A program made the translations under genes and the position numbers. A DNA stretch of 63,324 nucleotides, the filler included, from Chrysochromulina tobinii (lineage: Eukaryota), in NCBI GenBank assembly GCA_001275005.1. It is 5 parts of 5 records of this genome, joined end to end, with 100 filler letters (N's around TTAATTAATTAA, not from the genome) between each part and the next. Parts side by side here need not be neighbours in the genome. Positions count along the whole stretch, not along the records: positions 1 to 23,176 come from JWZX01001039.1; 4 more parts are not named here. One strand, 5' to 3'. Of the stretch, positions 10,839 through 22,530 are shown one piece after another. How positions within the stretch are numbered: the first letter of the stretch is position 1; each line of letters opens with the position of its first letter. The notes beneath the pieces are model-generated. The model was not told the origin of the DNA. It was given only the letters and a program-made list of their open reading frames with translations, and did not search any database.

Positions 10839-12980
10839 ATGGCGGCATCTAGGCGCACCGCAGCGCTGTGTCTATTGCCCTGCTGCGCTGCGGCCTTCCA
10901 GGGCTCGCCGGCCGCGGCCGTCGGCTCGACGCGTCGGCCCGCCGTGCGCCATCTGGGCGCTGGCGTCATCGGGCCGGCCACGCCGCTGCCCGCGATCGCC
11001 GCCATTGCCACCGCGACCGGCGAATCCGCCGCCTGCGTGCAGCGTTCGCACTCGGCGCGCATGTTCTCGGAGCCACCTCCGACGGCGGCGGACGACGAGG
11101 ACGACGTGTTCGCGCAGATCAGCGCGCAGCTCACGCCCATGCAGAAGCGCCTGCGCGGCATCGGTCCGTTTGCGATGGGTGTGACCACGAACGGCGTCAC
11201 GGTGCTCTCGGCGCTGATCGCGTGGTTCCTCACCCCACCGGCGGGGCGCATCGCGTCGCTGGGCAGCTTGCTCGGCGGCGGCGTAGCCGGCAGCCTCGTC
11301 AGCAAGTCGCTGACCAAGCAGCGCAAGGCCGTCGTGCCCGCGGTGATCGCCGACATGGTGCGCGAGGTCGGCCTCCAAGGCCTCAAGCCGGCGGACGTGG
11401 CGAAGCTGCAGGAACGGTACGACGTGAACCCGGCAGAGTTCGAGGCGCAGCTCTCAGAGGTCTACAGGAAGTACCTGCGTATGCTCCTCGACTCGGAGGA
11501 GAACACGCCTGCCCAGATCTCACAGCTCGGCCAGCTGCGCCGCGGCATCGGGCTGCGCTGGAACGCGACGGAGGCGGTCCACGAGCAAACGGTGCAGGCA
11601 TTCTTGAAGGAGTCGGAGCTGACCCTGGAGGCCCACGCGCCCGATTCGCTGCCCGCGGAGCTCTCGGCGCTGCTCTGGCTCTCGTCCGGCCTCTTTAGCA
11701 CGAGCAAGGGGCAAGCGTCGACGGAGGCGGTGCAGCAAGCGTTGCAGCTGGATGGGCGCGAGGCCGCGCGCCTTGTGGCGAGCGTGTCGACGCCCTTTTA
11801 CCGGCAGGCGGTGACGCGGGCGGTGGGCAAGTACAACCGCACCGAGGCGCCCGAGAAGCTGCGCACCGCGCGCGGCGCCCTCTGCCTGAGCGAGCAGGCG
11901 GCCGCCGCCGTGCATGCGGAGATTTATGACGCGCAGCTGCGGGTGCTCCTGCCCGATGGGAGTGCACGGCTGGACGAGGCGGCGATGGAGCTGCTCGGCG
12001 AGCTCGAGGGCATCCTGCAGGTGCGCTCGGCCAGCACGCGGCTGCAGGCGGTCACGCAGCCGCTGTTCGTCGAGGCGCTCAAGACGACGCTCGAGCAGGC
12101 GTACGACTCGATGGCCACGAAACCGTCAGCCGTGCGCGTGTGGGGAACGCTCGCGCTTCGTCAGGCCGAGCTCGCTCTGCCGACCGAGGTGGCGCAGGCG
12201 AGCGTGACCGAGGAGGCCCGCAGGCTCCTCACACGCCGGCTCGCGAACGCGGCCGAGCTGCATGCCAAGGGCCTCTCGGCCACCGGCCAGGCGGAGTTGG
12301 TCAAGCTCGTGCAGTACGCCCAGTTCTTGGGCGAGATGATGACCGTCTCGGGCGGCTTTGGGACCACTCCTGCAGCCGATCTCGCGAGCCGGTACCTCGG
12401 CGCCCTCCCACTGCCCGCCGAGGCGGAGGCGAGCGCGGCGGCGCTCCAAGAGGCTGCAAGGGGCGTGCCCGAACTCGAAGCCCTCCAGTCGCTTCTCACG
12501 TCGATGCTCTGCCTGAGCGACCCCGCCTACGCGAGCGCGCGCCAGCAGTACTCGGCCCAGCTCGACGCCACCCTCGACGGCGGCCGGTTTGACGAGGCGG
12601 CGGGCTCGCGGCTCGATGCACTCGCCGCACAGCTCGGCCTCCCGCCCGCCCTCGCGCAGAAGCTCGGCGTCGACGCCTACTACGGATGGCTCGTCGATAC
12701 GACCGAGACGTGCGACACGAGCGGGAGCTGTACCGCGCGGCTCGAGGCCTGTGCCGCCGTGCGCTCGACGCTCCGCGTCGGCCTCGCAGCGCTCGGCGAG
12801 CTCCATGCCAACACGGGAGTCGACGAGATGCTCCTGAGCACGGTCGTCGGGCAGCTGCTCGAGGAGGAGGCTCCTCTGACCGCCGCCGCCGAGCAGACGA
12901 TTGCGTACCTGGAGCGCCAGCTCGGCGCGCGCCCCGGCGTAGTCGCGGCCATCCTCGCCGGCGCCGCCGACGCGGACTGA
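10839..12980 (+). CDS. TIC110: Tic110-like plastid inner-envelope translocon component with bipartite targeting peptide
   Basis: Signal peptide ending AAA-F, transit-like region, two N-terminal hydrophobic helices, then DVAKLQERYDV...FEAQLSEVYRKYL and L-x-L-x6-A-x2-VH helical repeats resembling plant Tic110. Confidence 0.7.
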   Translation: MAASRRTAALCLLPCCAAAFQGSPAAAVGSTRRPAVRHLGAGVIGPATPLPAIAAIATATGESAACVQRSHSARMFSEPPPTAADDEDDVFAQISAQLTPMQKRLRGIGPFAMGVTTNGVTVLSALIAWFLTPPAGRIASLGSLLGGGVAGSLVSKSLTKQRKAVVPAVIADMVREVGLQGLKPADVAKLQERYDVNPAEFEAQLSEVYRKYLRMLLDSEENTPAQISQLGQLRRGIGLRWNATEAVHEQTVQAFLKESELTLEAHAPDSLPAELSALLWLSSGLFSTSKGQASTEAVQQALQLDGREAARLVASVSTPFYRQAVTRAVGKYNRTEAPEKLRTARGALCLSEQAAAAVHAEIYDAQLRVLLPDGSARLDEAAMELLGELEGILQVRSASTRLQAVTQPLFVEALKTTLEQAYDSMATKPSAVRVWGTLALRQAELALPTEVAQASVTEEARRLLTRRLANAAELHAKGLSATGQAELVKLVQYAQFLGEMMTVSGGFGTTPAADLASRYLGALPLPAEAEASAAALQEAARGVPELEALQSLLTSMLCLSDPAYASARQQYSAQLDATLDGGRFDEAAGSRLDALAAQLGLPPALAQKLGVDAYYGWLVDTTETCDTSGSCTARLEACAAVRSTLRVGLAALGELHANTGVDEMLLSTVVGQLLEEEAPLTAAAEQTIAYLERQLGARPGVVAAILAGAADAD

Positions 12981-13016
12981 GCGCGAGCGCGTCGCCACGC
13001 CAGCGGCCCGCGAGTC

Positions 13017-13095
13017 GAGCGCCATGACGAGCGCCCCCGCCCCCTCAGCGCGGCCCCGAGCGCCATGACGAGCGCCCCGCCCCCTCAGCGCGGCC
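13017..13095. repeat. Two-copy ~41-nt tandem duplication
   Basis: GAGCGCCATGACGAGCGCCCC(C)GCCCCCTCAGCGCGGCC twice, just after the Tic110-like stop. Confidence 0.8.
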
Positions 13096-13467
13096 GTGTC
13101 GCGCGTGGCGTCTGACGCCGTGACGCGCACAGCCTGGAAGCCATCGAATTATGAGAGAAGGCATGCAAGCGAGGCGGCGCGCTTGAGAGGCAAGGTACAG
13201 AGGGCGCAGGTATTCATGTGGGAGCCGAGCATAGAGAGAACTGCGTGTGGGCGAACGCGTGTGCGAGATAAGTGCGAGATGGATCTGCGAAAACGTCGGT
13301 GCACAGCCACTGTACCGTCCACCTCGCACCTGCCCATACGGATGCGGATGCGGATGCGTACATACGGATGCGGTTACCATTCACACTTCTACCGAGTGTT
13401 AGACAAACTGTACCGGTAACACACGAGGCTCGGCGCTCACCTCTCCGACCGACCTCCGACCCCGCCG

Positions 13468-15675
13468 ATGTCAAGGAGCGGGCTCTTCTCGACCGAGTCG
13501 GACCTCGATACCAGCCCTCCGGCCGCTGCGGCTCCGTCGCCCGACCTGTCGAATACGCCTCCGTTGCCTGCATTCTCTCTCTCGGACAAGGAGAAGGACA
13601 ACCAGCTTTCGATCTTGCTCCGCCTCCTGCAGCGCGCATCGCGCAGCCCGGAGGAGATGATCGAGGGCGCGCTCGAGCTCTCTCTCGTCGGCTTACTCTC
13701 TCGCGGCGTTCTCGAGGGCCTTTGCAAGTCGGTTGGCCTCGGCGATGCGCAGAGCGCCTCGGTGCTCGGCCTGCAGAGTCAGCATGCGCTGGCTCTCACG
13801 CAGATGCAGCGCGTGGCCGCCGGCGCACCGGCGCCCGCGCCGATGGCGCCGGTGTCGATTCGTACGCTGCTCGAGGCGCCGATCGACCTGCCGCAGCTGG
13901 GCGGTGGCGCCTCGTCATCGACGGCGCTCTCGCTGCGCGGCGCTCCCGCGGCGCTCCCGTCGACGTGCGGCCCGTCGTCGGGCCCGGGCGGGTCGCCGTG
14001 GGATAGCCTGCTGAGTCCGACGGCCGCGAGCTCGTTCGGGCTGGGCTCATTTGCGGTCGCGTCACGGTTCACGTCCGAGTTCACGCTGCTCGAGCGCCTC
14101 GGCCAGGGCGGCGGCGGCGCCGTCTTCCGCGCGCGCAACATCCTCGATGGCACCGAGTATGCGATCAAGCGCGTGTTCTTTTGGAGTCGGCCCGGCTCGT
14201 CGGCGCAGTCCGAGGTGGCGGCACAGCGCGTGCTGCGCGAGGTGCGCGCGCTCGCACGCCTCAACCATCCCAACGTCTGCCGGTACCACTCGGCATGGAT
14301 CGAGACGGATTGGCCTTCATTCTTCGACAACGTCGTCGCTGGCGCCACCTCGGTCTCCGCCGCCGGGCGCCAACAGCCCGGGACGCCTCTCAAGCGCACG
14401 GGCAGCTTGAAGCTGCTCAAGGCGTCGGGTGCCGCCACAGACCTCCCCTTGAGCGAGAGCGGCGCGAGTGGCACGAGCGGACCCGAGCTGACGAATCCCA
14501 ACTTGACGAATTCGTACTTGACGAATCCGAACCAGTCGCTCGGCTCGATGGAGGACTTGTTGCTTGCGCGCCAGGACGCGTTGCTTGGGCTGGGGGCGCT
14601 CAATACAGCGCGCATTGGGCTCAGCCCCCGCGCGCCGCCGCGCCGGTCGGAGCGCGCCGGCGTCGCGGGCGGCGAGCACGACGAGTCCAGCGAAGAGTTT
14701 AGCCGCTCGGGTGGCAGCTGGTCCGAGTCGACAGATCCTGCGGACGATTGGAGTGGTGGAGGCGGTGGCCCCCCGGCGGCGGCGCCCCGGGCGCAGCCCT
14801 CGATGCGGCCGAAGCCGCCGTCGACGACGGCGCCCTCCTTGTTGCACCAGTGGGCGTATCGCAAGTCCCTCTTCATCCAGATGGAGCTGTGCGACGCGCG
14901 CTCGCTCAAGGATTATCTCGAGGAGCGCGACTGCGCTCTCAGCCGCCAACGGAGCGGCTCGTCGACGAGCAGCCGGGCGACAACGATGACGAGCGGCGGC
15001 GGCGGCGGCGGCGTGAGTCGGCTCGACGAGGCGAGATCGCTCGCGGTGCTTGTGCAGATCGTCCAGGGGCTCGAGCACGTCCACGCATGCGGCATCGTGC
15101 ACCGCGACCTCAAGCCATCCAACTGCTGCTTCGACCAAGGGGGCACACTCAAGCTGATGGACTTTGGACTCTCAAAGCAGCGCGCGGACCGAGAGCAGTT
15201 CCAGCAGGCGAGCCAGGACGACAGCGGCAGCTTCCACAACGGCGCGAGGACGGCCAGCTATCCGATTGTCGACCTGTTGGGCATCGGCAGCGCGGGCTTC
15301 AACACAGCAGGCACGGGCACTCCGTCGTACGCCGCGCCGGAGCAGATGCAAGGCGGCGCGGTGCTGCCCGCGTGCGACATGTTCCCGCTCGGGCTCATCG
15401 CCTTTGAACTCTTCCATGCCTTTGGCTCGGCCATGGAGCGCGCCAAGACGTTTGCAGAGCTGCGCGCGCACCGGCTGCCGCCGAGCTTCGTGCAGGCGCA
15501 GCCGACGCTCGCGTCGCTCATAGGTCGGCTGCTCTCGGAGGCGCCCTCCGAGCGACCCAACTGCTCCGATGTGCTCAATGTCATCCAACCTACGCCTGGA
15601 CCTTCATTCGGTCCGGGCATGTCGACCGCGTCGGGTGGCGGCGGCGGCGGCGGTGGCGGTGGCGGCGGTGGCGGC

Positions 15676-15713
<38 letters not shown>

Positions 15714-16266
15714 CGGTGGTGGCTTTGGCGGCAGTGGTGGCGGTGGCGGCAGCAGCCGCGCCGCCTCGCCGTCACCGCTCTTTGGAGGAGACTCAAGCCA
15801 CATCTCTGAGATTGGCTCTCAAGATACCACCGCCTCACAGCTCGCGTCGATGCTCGGCTCGCGTCTCGCGTCGGAGCGCGCGTCGCAGCGAGGCTCAAGG
15901 CATGGATCACTGCACACGTCGCCGGTGATGCAACCACCGGAGCCGCCACCGCTGCCTCACGGCTGCACGACGCCCCTCGGCTCGCCGCTCGTGATGCCGC
16001 TGCGCGTGAGCGTGTCCGCCGTGCCGCCGCCGACGACGCTGCTCCCGGGACCGCCTCCCTGCCCACCCACGCCACCGCCCTCGTTTGCGCCACTCGAGAT
16101 ATCCGGCGTCCTCTTTGACAGCCTCTCCGGAGTGTCGGAGACCGACTCGCCCAACCCGGCGCGCAGGGCGAGCGCCGTCGCGGCACTCCGACGCCGGCAC
16201 ACGATTGAGCTCGAACTGCTCGCCGCGGAGCTTCGCGCGGACGAGGAGCACGAGGGCCGTCGTTGA
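13468..16266 (+). CDS. eIF2-alpha kinase (HRI/GCN2/PERK family), no signal peptide
   Basis: SRF..EF..LERLGQGGGG, DGTEYAIKR, LARLNHPNVCRYHSAWIE, large kinase insert, LFIQMELC, HRDLKPSN, DFG, GTPSYAAPEQ and FGSAMER. Confidence 0.9.
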
Positions 16267-16386
16267 CGCGATGGTCGCGTTGACGCGTTCTCGCCCTTGG
16301 TGCACACCTCAGGGCGCGTTCGCGGTGACGGTGTGAACGCCTGCAGGCACAACAACGATTACAAGCTCGCAACTGTACAATCACAT

Positions 16387-16430
16387 CCTAGACTCGCGTG
16401 GCCTAGACTCGCATGGCCTAGATTCGCCTA
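16387..16430. repeat. 15-nt tandem repeat, about 3 copies
   Basis: CCTAGACTCGCGTGG CCTAGACTCGCATGG CCTAGATTCGCC. Confidence 0.75.
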
Positions 16431-16512
16431 CCCCTTTTAATAGAAAGAACCTCGAATACACGCACAAAGCACGTTCAAAAGCGCCGCCTTCGCGATCCCT
16501 TTTGTTCACACG

Positions 16513-17883
16513 ATGGCGAAGCTCTCCCTCGCCGACCTTACCGCGACGCCGGTCACATGCTCGCCACCCGTGAGCGTCGACGGGAGCAGAACGCGACGTC
16601 GCGTGTACAATATCACCTCGGACCCCGATTTGAGCGTCATCTGGAGCCAGAGCTTTCGCGCCTTTGCCGAGGAGGAGCCACTCTCGGTCATGCCTCCTGC
16701 CATACTGTGCCGCTGGCTATCGCCTCAGCAATTTCCCTTTTGCCGCAGCCACCGCCTGGAGCACATCGATCGACAGCGTCAATGGCGCTCTGCAATCGTG
16801 CATCCGTCGGATGCTGCTTCTTCGGCAGCAGTTGAGGCGGCGGAGAGCCGAGCATCACGGCTGAGTGCAGGTCCTCGAAACACGCTAATGCTAGTGAGCA
16901 TGCCGTGCGCATTCGTCGACAGCGGCGCAAACTATGCTGGCGCGCTCTATGACGCAACTCGCATCCTCAATGCGCAGCACCGTGGTGCGACGCCTCGGTA
17001 CGCGCGTGGGCCCGTCCGCCGTTACGAGATCGCGGCCGTCGGCCTCACTCCATATGGCCACCTGCCCGATGCGCATTTCTATGCGAGCACAGCTCCGTGG
17101 GTGCTGCAGCTCGTGCACCTTCTCCCGCCCAACGTGCCCATCCTCGTCGCACTCAGCAGCCGCCTGCGCGAGCTCTATGCGCATTTGGGCGTCGACGCGG
17201 AGCGGCTGCACGAACTGCCGCCGAATGGCGCCGCCTACGCGGACCGACTGCTCTCGCTCGTAACGACCCCATTTGGCGCGCTCGAGCCGCTCGGCGCGGC
17301 GGCGCTGCGCCGCGTACGCACGCGCTTCGTACCAGTCCCCGCGCCGCCTGAGCAGCGCACGCGTCTCATCTATTTGAGTCGCCGCTCACTCTCGCCGCGC
17401 AGAAATCTGCGCAACGAGATCGAGTTGCTCGCCGCGCTGCGCCACACGCTGCAGCTACAACCGGCGCCGGCCGTGCACACGCTCGAGGTCTTCGATGGCG
17501 CGAGCGGGCAGCGGCTGGTGGACGTTGCGAGGCGCTTCTCGCAGGCGGCGTTGCTCACCGGTCCGCACGGTGGCGCCTTCCTGAACGCAATCTATTGCTC
17601 GCCGGGCACGCCCATCGTCGAGATTGGGTACAAAAGCGCGTCGCCTATGGCGTACCCGAGCTACTACCACACGATGGCGCGCCGGCTGGGCCTCGCCTTT
17701 TGGGTCGTGCTGGGCGAGGGCGCCTATGATCGGCCCATTACGGCGCCCGTGAGCGAGGTCGCCGCCTTGGTAGGGGCCTTGCTTGCGAGGGGGCGCCGCC
17801 CCGCCGGCTCTGATCACAAGGCCGTCTACGCGCCATTGGAGAAGACAACGGTGGGCATCGACGAGGACAATTTTGCGCCTTGA
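16513..17883 (+). CDS. Glycosyltransferase family 61 (DUF563) protein
   Basis: IYLSRR...RNLRNEIEL, FSQAALLTGPHGGAFLNAIYC..GTPIVEI and YYHTMARRLGL. Confidence 0.85.
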   Translation: MAKLSLADLTATPVTCSPPVSVDGSRTRRRVYNITSDPDLSVIWSQSFRAFAEEEPLSVMPPAILCRWLSPQQFPFCRSHRLEHIDRQRQWRSAIVHPSDAASSAAVEAAESRASRLSAGPRNTLMLVSMPCAFVDSGANYAGALYDATRILNAQHRGATPRYARGPVRRYEIAAVGLTPYGHLPDAHFYASTAPWVLQLVHLLPPNVPILVALSSRLRELYAHLGVDAERLHELPPNGAAYADRLLSLVTTPFGALEPLGAAALRRVRTRFVPVPAPPEQRTRLIYLSRRSLSPRRNLRNEIELLAALRHTLQLQPAPAVHTLEVFDGASGQRLVDVARRFSQAALLTGPHGGAFLNAIYCSPGTPIVEIGYKSASPMAYPSYYHTMARRLGLAFWVVLGEGAYDRPITAPVSEVAALVGALLARGRRPAGSDHKAVYAPLEKTTVGIDEDNFAP

Positions 17884-18152
17884 CTTAACGTGACCGCGTT
17901 TAGATAAACCTTAATAACCTGGTTTTAAACCACAATCTCCCGTCCACGTGTTAGAAATCACACAGACACACTTAAACATTCAAAACTACACATAAGCACC
18001 ATGGCGGGTACCGCACGGGGGCGGTGTGCTCGTCAGGTCGCCACAACAGCTCATGAGTCCCTTTCACACCTTCGAACTTTCTTCGCCATGTGGAGTGCTG
18101 CGCGCGCAGAAACCGCCTCCGTCTCCTCCCCCTCCGCCTGACCCCTCCGACG

Positions 18153-19325
18153 ATGGCAGACAACTTTGTGCGCCGACTCTCGGCCTCGCTGCCCTCGACG
18201 CCGCTACGATGTGCTTCGTCGAAGTGGGAGTCCGTCCCGTCGACCGACCCAATCCGCTCGCCGCCGAGTCCGGATCAACGCGTGCCCTCCAGGTCCGTCG
18301 CGAGCAGCCCTCTCTCCAAGGGAGTGTTAGATTGGGTCGAGAAGGTGGTCACCGGCGTGCCGGACGAGTATGCATCAGCGCCAGTCGCCAAGGGAGTGTA
18401 TACGTGGGTCGAGAAGGTGGCTGGTGAATTCGAGGAGGAGGACAGCGACGACGGCGACGACGACGATGCTCGCCAGGGTGATGGCGACAATGAGCCCTTG
18501 GCAAACGGTGCGGATGATATGGATGCGTCCGAGAGGCTACAAGAACTGCTCATGCTCTTGTCACTCGAGGACGCGAGTGTGGTGGACGTCCTCGAATCCA
18601 CGGCACGGTGCTACTCGGCATGCGTCCTCGAGCAGGCCAAGGATGGCGGCGAGTCGACGTTGCTGGCCGCGCAGCTTCCGCGAGTGGCCACGGAGAGGCT
18701 GACCCGGTTCCTCCAGACGCCGCACGTGCTCCAAGAGCTCGCCTCGGCGCGTCTCGATCCGGCCCACACGGCGATCCTCGAGATGCTCAAGAAGGAGCAC
18801 ATGGCCACGCAGCTCGCTGCGCAGCTCGACGAGTTGGCTGGCGACCCAAATTTGGGTGTGAGGGACAGAGGCGCGCCGAGCAGCAGCAGTGGCGACGCTT
18901 TGAGCGATGGGTTGGCAGGGGCCAAGGGCGCGCTGGAGGGCATCCTGATCGAGGGCCTCGAGGCCGTCGAGAATGGCAGTGCAGTCGAGAATCGCATCGC
19001 CGGAGCTGACTCGGGCTCCGACGGCGACGACGACGTCGGCCTCGATCGCCTGGGCAGCGACAACGACCAGCAAGCTGAGGACGGCGATGACCCTGCATGG
19101 AGCCGGCCGGCCCACACGCGACGGGCTATCCAGGCGGCGCATCCCTCGCCACCGTTACTGCCTCCGCACGAGCTTGGATGGCCCTCTGAGGAAGGGGAAG
19201 GGGATGGCCCTCTGGATCGTGATGATGAGCTCGCTCAGGGTCGAGCAGCCTCGAGCAGCAGCAGCAGCGGCAGCGCTCCGAGCGGCATCGGCGCCCAGAG
19301 CAGCGGCGGCGGCGGCGGTGGGGGA

Positions 19326-19365
<40 letters not shown>

Positions 19366-19664
19366 TGGGCGGCGTGGGCGGCGTGGGCGCGATGCTCGAG
19401 CCGATCTGGGCGCAGGGTGCCACGCCGCTGCCTGATGCCGCGAGCTCGTCGACCTCGCTGCTGATACAGTCGCCAAGTCCCGTCGTTCTTACTCAGGCGC
19501 TGTGGGAAGAAGAGGACGAGGAGGGCAGCCAGTATCGCGCTGATACCGACTTTCGCATGGAGGGTCGTCCAGCGCCAGCAGCAGACGGGCTCGGAGCGTC
19601 AGAAGACGAGGAGGTCGAGGAGGAGGACGAGGACCTGCCGCCCTGGTTAAGGTTCACCAAATGA
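18153..19664 (+). CDS. Hypothetical acidic, low-complexity protein
   Basis: ~500-codon ORF with coding-like codon use, D/E-rich tracts and poly-Gly; no recognised domain. Confidence 0.6.
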
Positions 19665-19771
19665 TCGCTGTGTCTGTGTGAGTTTTTCTTGAAGGTGTGC
19701 CTACTGCGCACCGCCAGATAAAGTGAAGACGATCTCGAACGCGAGCTCGGTGCGGCATTCACACGGAACAA

Positions 19772-21445
19772 ATGAGGTCGAGGTTGCTTCGCCTCTCGGC
19801 ATTAGGTGCCTTCCTAGCATCAGGAGCAGCTGCAGATGATTCACTAAGCTCTGTCGGCTCGGCAGATCCGCTTGTGCAATCTGTCAAACTCGCCCTCTGG
19901 CAGCGTGGCGTTCAGCAGCCATGTGGGCACGAGGGTTGTCTGCAGGACTCGACTGCAGATTTGGCGCGAGCGTGGGCCGACCACCGCCACGAGCCGGTGC
20001 TGCAGCTTCGCGGCGGAGCTGATGGCTGCAGTGCAATGGCTGGGAGCTGCGAGCCCAAAGAGGCTGACATCGAGGCACTCCGTGCGGAGCTTGGGCCCGA
20101 CTTTTCGGCCGCCATCGATGCCAACATCGCGGAGCACGAGGCCGATCTGGCGACGTCGTGCGCCTCCTTCTACTGCGGCGACCCGAATAGCGAGCCGCCG
20201 CCGCCGTCCCGCACCTTTCCAGTTGCATCGCACCCGATGGGCAGCGTGCCACCCGAGGATTTTGCCTCGATGTTCAAGTTCCCTCTGGATCTGATCAAGG
20301 TGACTGTCGAGCCGCTGATCCCCGCCCAGGAGGCCGATCGGGTGATCGCCGTCGCCAACGCGGAGGGCATCGCAGGCAACGAGTACACTTCAGGCAAGTA
20401 CAAGCTCGGCGGCGATTGGGTCAAAAAGATGCCAGAGACGCTCGCATGGTTCAACCAGCGCTTAGAGGATACTATCTTCCCGGCGGCGGCGGCGCTCTTC
20501 CCGATGGTCGTGCGCGGCCCACAGGTGCTCCGGGCACACTCAGTCGCCATCCTGAAATACAACGCCTCGCACCCTCGCACGGACGTTCATGTGGACGATG
20601 GTATACTCGCCATCACGCTCGCCCTCTCCCCGAAGACGAATTACACCGGTGGCGGCACCTTTTTCGAGCACCTTGGTGAGGAGAGCATTGTGGAGATGGA
20701 GCAGGGCCACTGCACCATCCGACCTGGCTCCGTTCGCCACGGCGGCCATCCCGTGCGCTCGGGCGAGCGCTACATCCTAGGCGCCTTCTTGCTCATCGCT
20801 GACCGCGTAGAGCATGTGCGCCGACTACAGAACCAAGGGCGTGCTGCGCGCGGCCGGATGGAGCTTCGCAAGGCGCGCATGTTCTTCAAGTGGGCACTCC
20901 GGATCAACCCCAAGTGCGCCACGTGTCTCAAGAATTGGGCCGAGGCGCTCATGACGACGCCCGAGGGGGGCACGTTGGAACCCAAACTTGCGGCGGCGGC
21001 CGAGGAGAAGCTGCGCAAGGCGCTCGAGCTGCTGCCAAGGGACTCGGATGCTCTTTTCTCGTTGGGCGCGCTGCTCTCGAGCCAGGGGCGGAAGGACGAG
21101 GCGCTCGAGGCGTACCAGGCAAGCCTGCGCATCAACGCGGACGACCACGAGCTGTGCTACAATCTCGGCGTGCAGCTCGGAGATCGCGCCAGGTACGAGG
21201 AGGAGATTGCCATGTACCTGCGCGCGCTCAGGATCAAGGGCGACTTTGGGAAGGCCTGGTCCAACCTGGGCGTTGCGTACGCATCCACCGGCAAGCTCGA
21301 CCTTGCCGAGGAACCCTTTGCAAAGGCATGCCAATACGAGCCCGAGAATCGGAAGAATTGGGTCAACCTCGCGAGGTTGCACCAGGCCAAGGGCCGCGGC
21401 GAGGCGGCCGCGGCGGCGATGGCGCGGGCAAAAGGTTTGGCGTGA
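19772..21445 (+). CDS. Secretory-pathway 2OG-Fe(II) oxygenase (PLOD/P4H-like) with C-terminal TPR repeats
   Basis: Signal peptide; ILKY...HVDD, GGGTFF, HGGHPVRSGERYIL (HxD...H...R); TPR motifs ALFSLGALL, YNLGVQL and WSNLGVAY. Confidence 0.9.
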   Translation: MRSRLLRLSALGAFLASGAAADDSLSSVGSADPLVQSVKLALWQRGVQQPCGHEGCLQDSTADLARAWADHRHEPVLQLRGGADGCSAMAGSCEPKEADIEALRAELGPDFSAAIDANIAEHEADLATSCASFYCGDPNSEPPPPSRTFPVASHPMGSVPPEDFASMFKFPLDLIKVTVEPLIPAQEADRVIAVANAEGIAGNEYTSGKYKLGGDWVKKMPETLAWFNQRLEDTIFPAAAALFPMVVRGPQVLRAHSVAILKYNASHPRTDVHVDDGILAITLALSPKTNYTGGGTFFEHLGEESIVEMEQGHCTIRPGSVRHGGHPVRSGERYILGAFLLIADRVEHVRRLQNQGRAARGRMELRKARMFFKWALRINPKCATCLKNWAEALMTTPEGGTLEPKLAAAAEEKLRKALELLPRDSDALFSLGALLSSQGRKDEALEAYQASLRINADDHELCYNLGVQLGDRARYEEEIAMYLRALRIKGDFGKAWSNLGVAYASTGKLDLAEEPFAKACQYEPENRKNWVNLARLHQAKGRGEAAAAAMARAKGLA

Positions 21446-21573
21446 GGGCGGGCCAGTCGCGCTGACGTTTCGTGTTAACGTTAACACACACCGAAGACTA
21501 TTTTCGCGCCATCCCGTCCACTCTCTGCAACCGGACACACGCGCCGGGGCACTCACAATTCTCGATCCTTGCA

Positions 21574-22530
21574 ATGGATCCCTTGCGCATGGATCCCGGG
21601 TTTCATGGATCTCTCAAAACAGCACGCCCATACACCCCGCTCAGCGACGCGGAGCGCTTCGAAGCGCTGACGGCCGGCCTTGAGGCCGCATCGCTGCACC
21701 ATGTTGCACGGCATGTGCGGGAGCAGAGGGCTGAGCTTTCCATCCCGTCGCACGCCATGTACACTCAGCGGCTCCTTGCTGGTCGCGGAGACGCCTTTGC
21801 ACCCATCTACGTGACGTCGCCGAGCATGAATGGCGCTCGCCGCTCCACACTGAACTCGGTGCACGCGATGCCAAGCGTGAAGAAGTCGCCGGCCACCTAC
21901 TCGTCCCCGAACCTCCTCCGCCAGTTCGCCGAACCCACCCAGGCACCGACTCGCCCTGCCACCGCGTCGCGCGAGGCCACAGCTGGTGCGTGGCGCGCTC
22001 CCTTTGATGCGAGCGCCAACCAGCGCTCGTATGAGCATCATCGCGCGGCGGGTCGCGGTTGGCCGGTGGCTCCGCCCAAAGCGCCTGAGGGTGCGGAGAT
22101 GCTCGATGTGGCCGCCGAGCAGGCTGCCGCTGCCACCGCCGCCGCCGCTGCGGACATGGCGTCGTCGGGGGGCACATATGGCCAGATGCCGCCTCCGACC
22201 TCGCCGCCGATGCCAAATGCAGGCCAGGCTCGCGGCACGCCGGAGCCAGAGACGACGCCTCCGGCCGCCCCAGCGCTGCCCAAGCCTGCCCCAAGTTTGG
22301 GCGGTCGGAGCAGCCGGCGTGCCCTGGACATGGCGGATGCTGCACACTACTACACCTCCAGAAGCCACGCGGCGGCGTTGCTTGGTGCGCCTCCCACGCC
22401 GCCACCGCCGGTGCAGATGTCGATCGCGCGGGCGCGGGCGCGGCAGGCCAACCAGTCCGACATCTTTGGGCACCAGACCGATGGTCGTGGTCACGCCGAC
22501 CTGCTGCCCGGCTTCTCGCCGCGCCGGTAA
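21574..22530 (+). CDS. Hypothetical Pro/Ala-rich protein
   Basis: ~318-codon ORF from ATG 21574; no recognised domain. Confidence 0.5.
   Translation: MDPLRMDPGFHGSLKTARPYTPLSDAERFEALTAGLEAASLHHVARHVREQRAELSIPSHAMYTQRLLAGRGDAFAPIYVTSPSMNGARRSTLNSVHAMPSVKKSPATYSSPNLLRQFAEPTQAPTRPATASREATAGAWRAPFDASANQRSYEHHRAAGRGWPVAPPKAPEGAEMLDVAAEQAAAATAAAAADMASSGGTYGQMPPPTSPPMPNAGQARGTPEPETTPPAAPALPKPAPSLGGRSSRRALDMADAAHYYTSRSHAAALLGAPPTPPPPVQMSIARARARQANQSDIFGHQTDGRGHADLLPGFSPRR

Noticed and set aside
6598..19390. (GGC)n poly-Gly tracts in the ATPase, eIF2-alpha kinase and hypothetical protein
   Set aside because: Ordinary coding microsatellite expansions in a GC-rich genome
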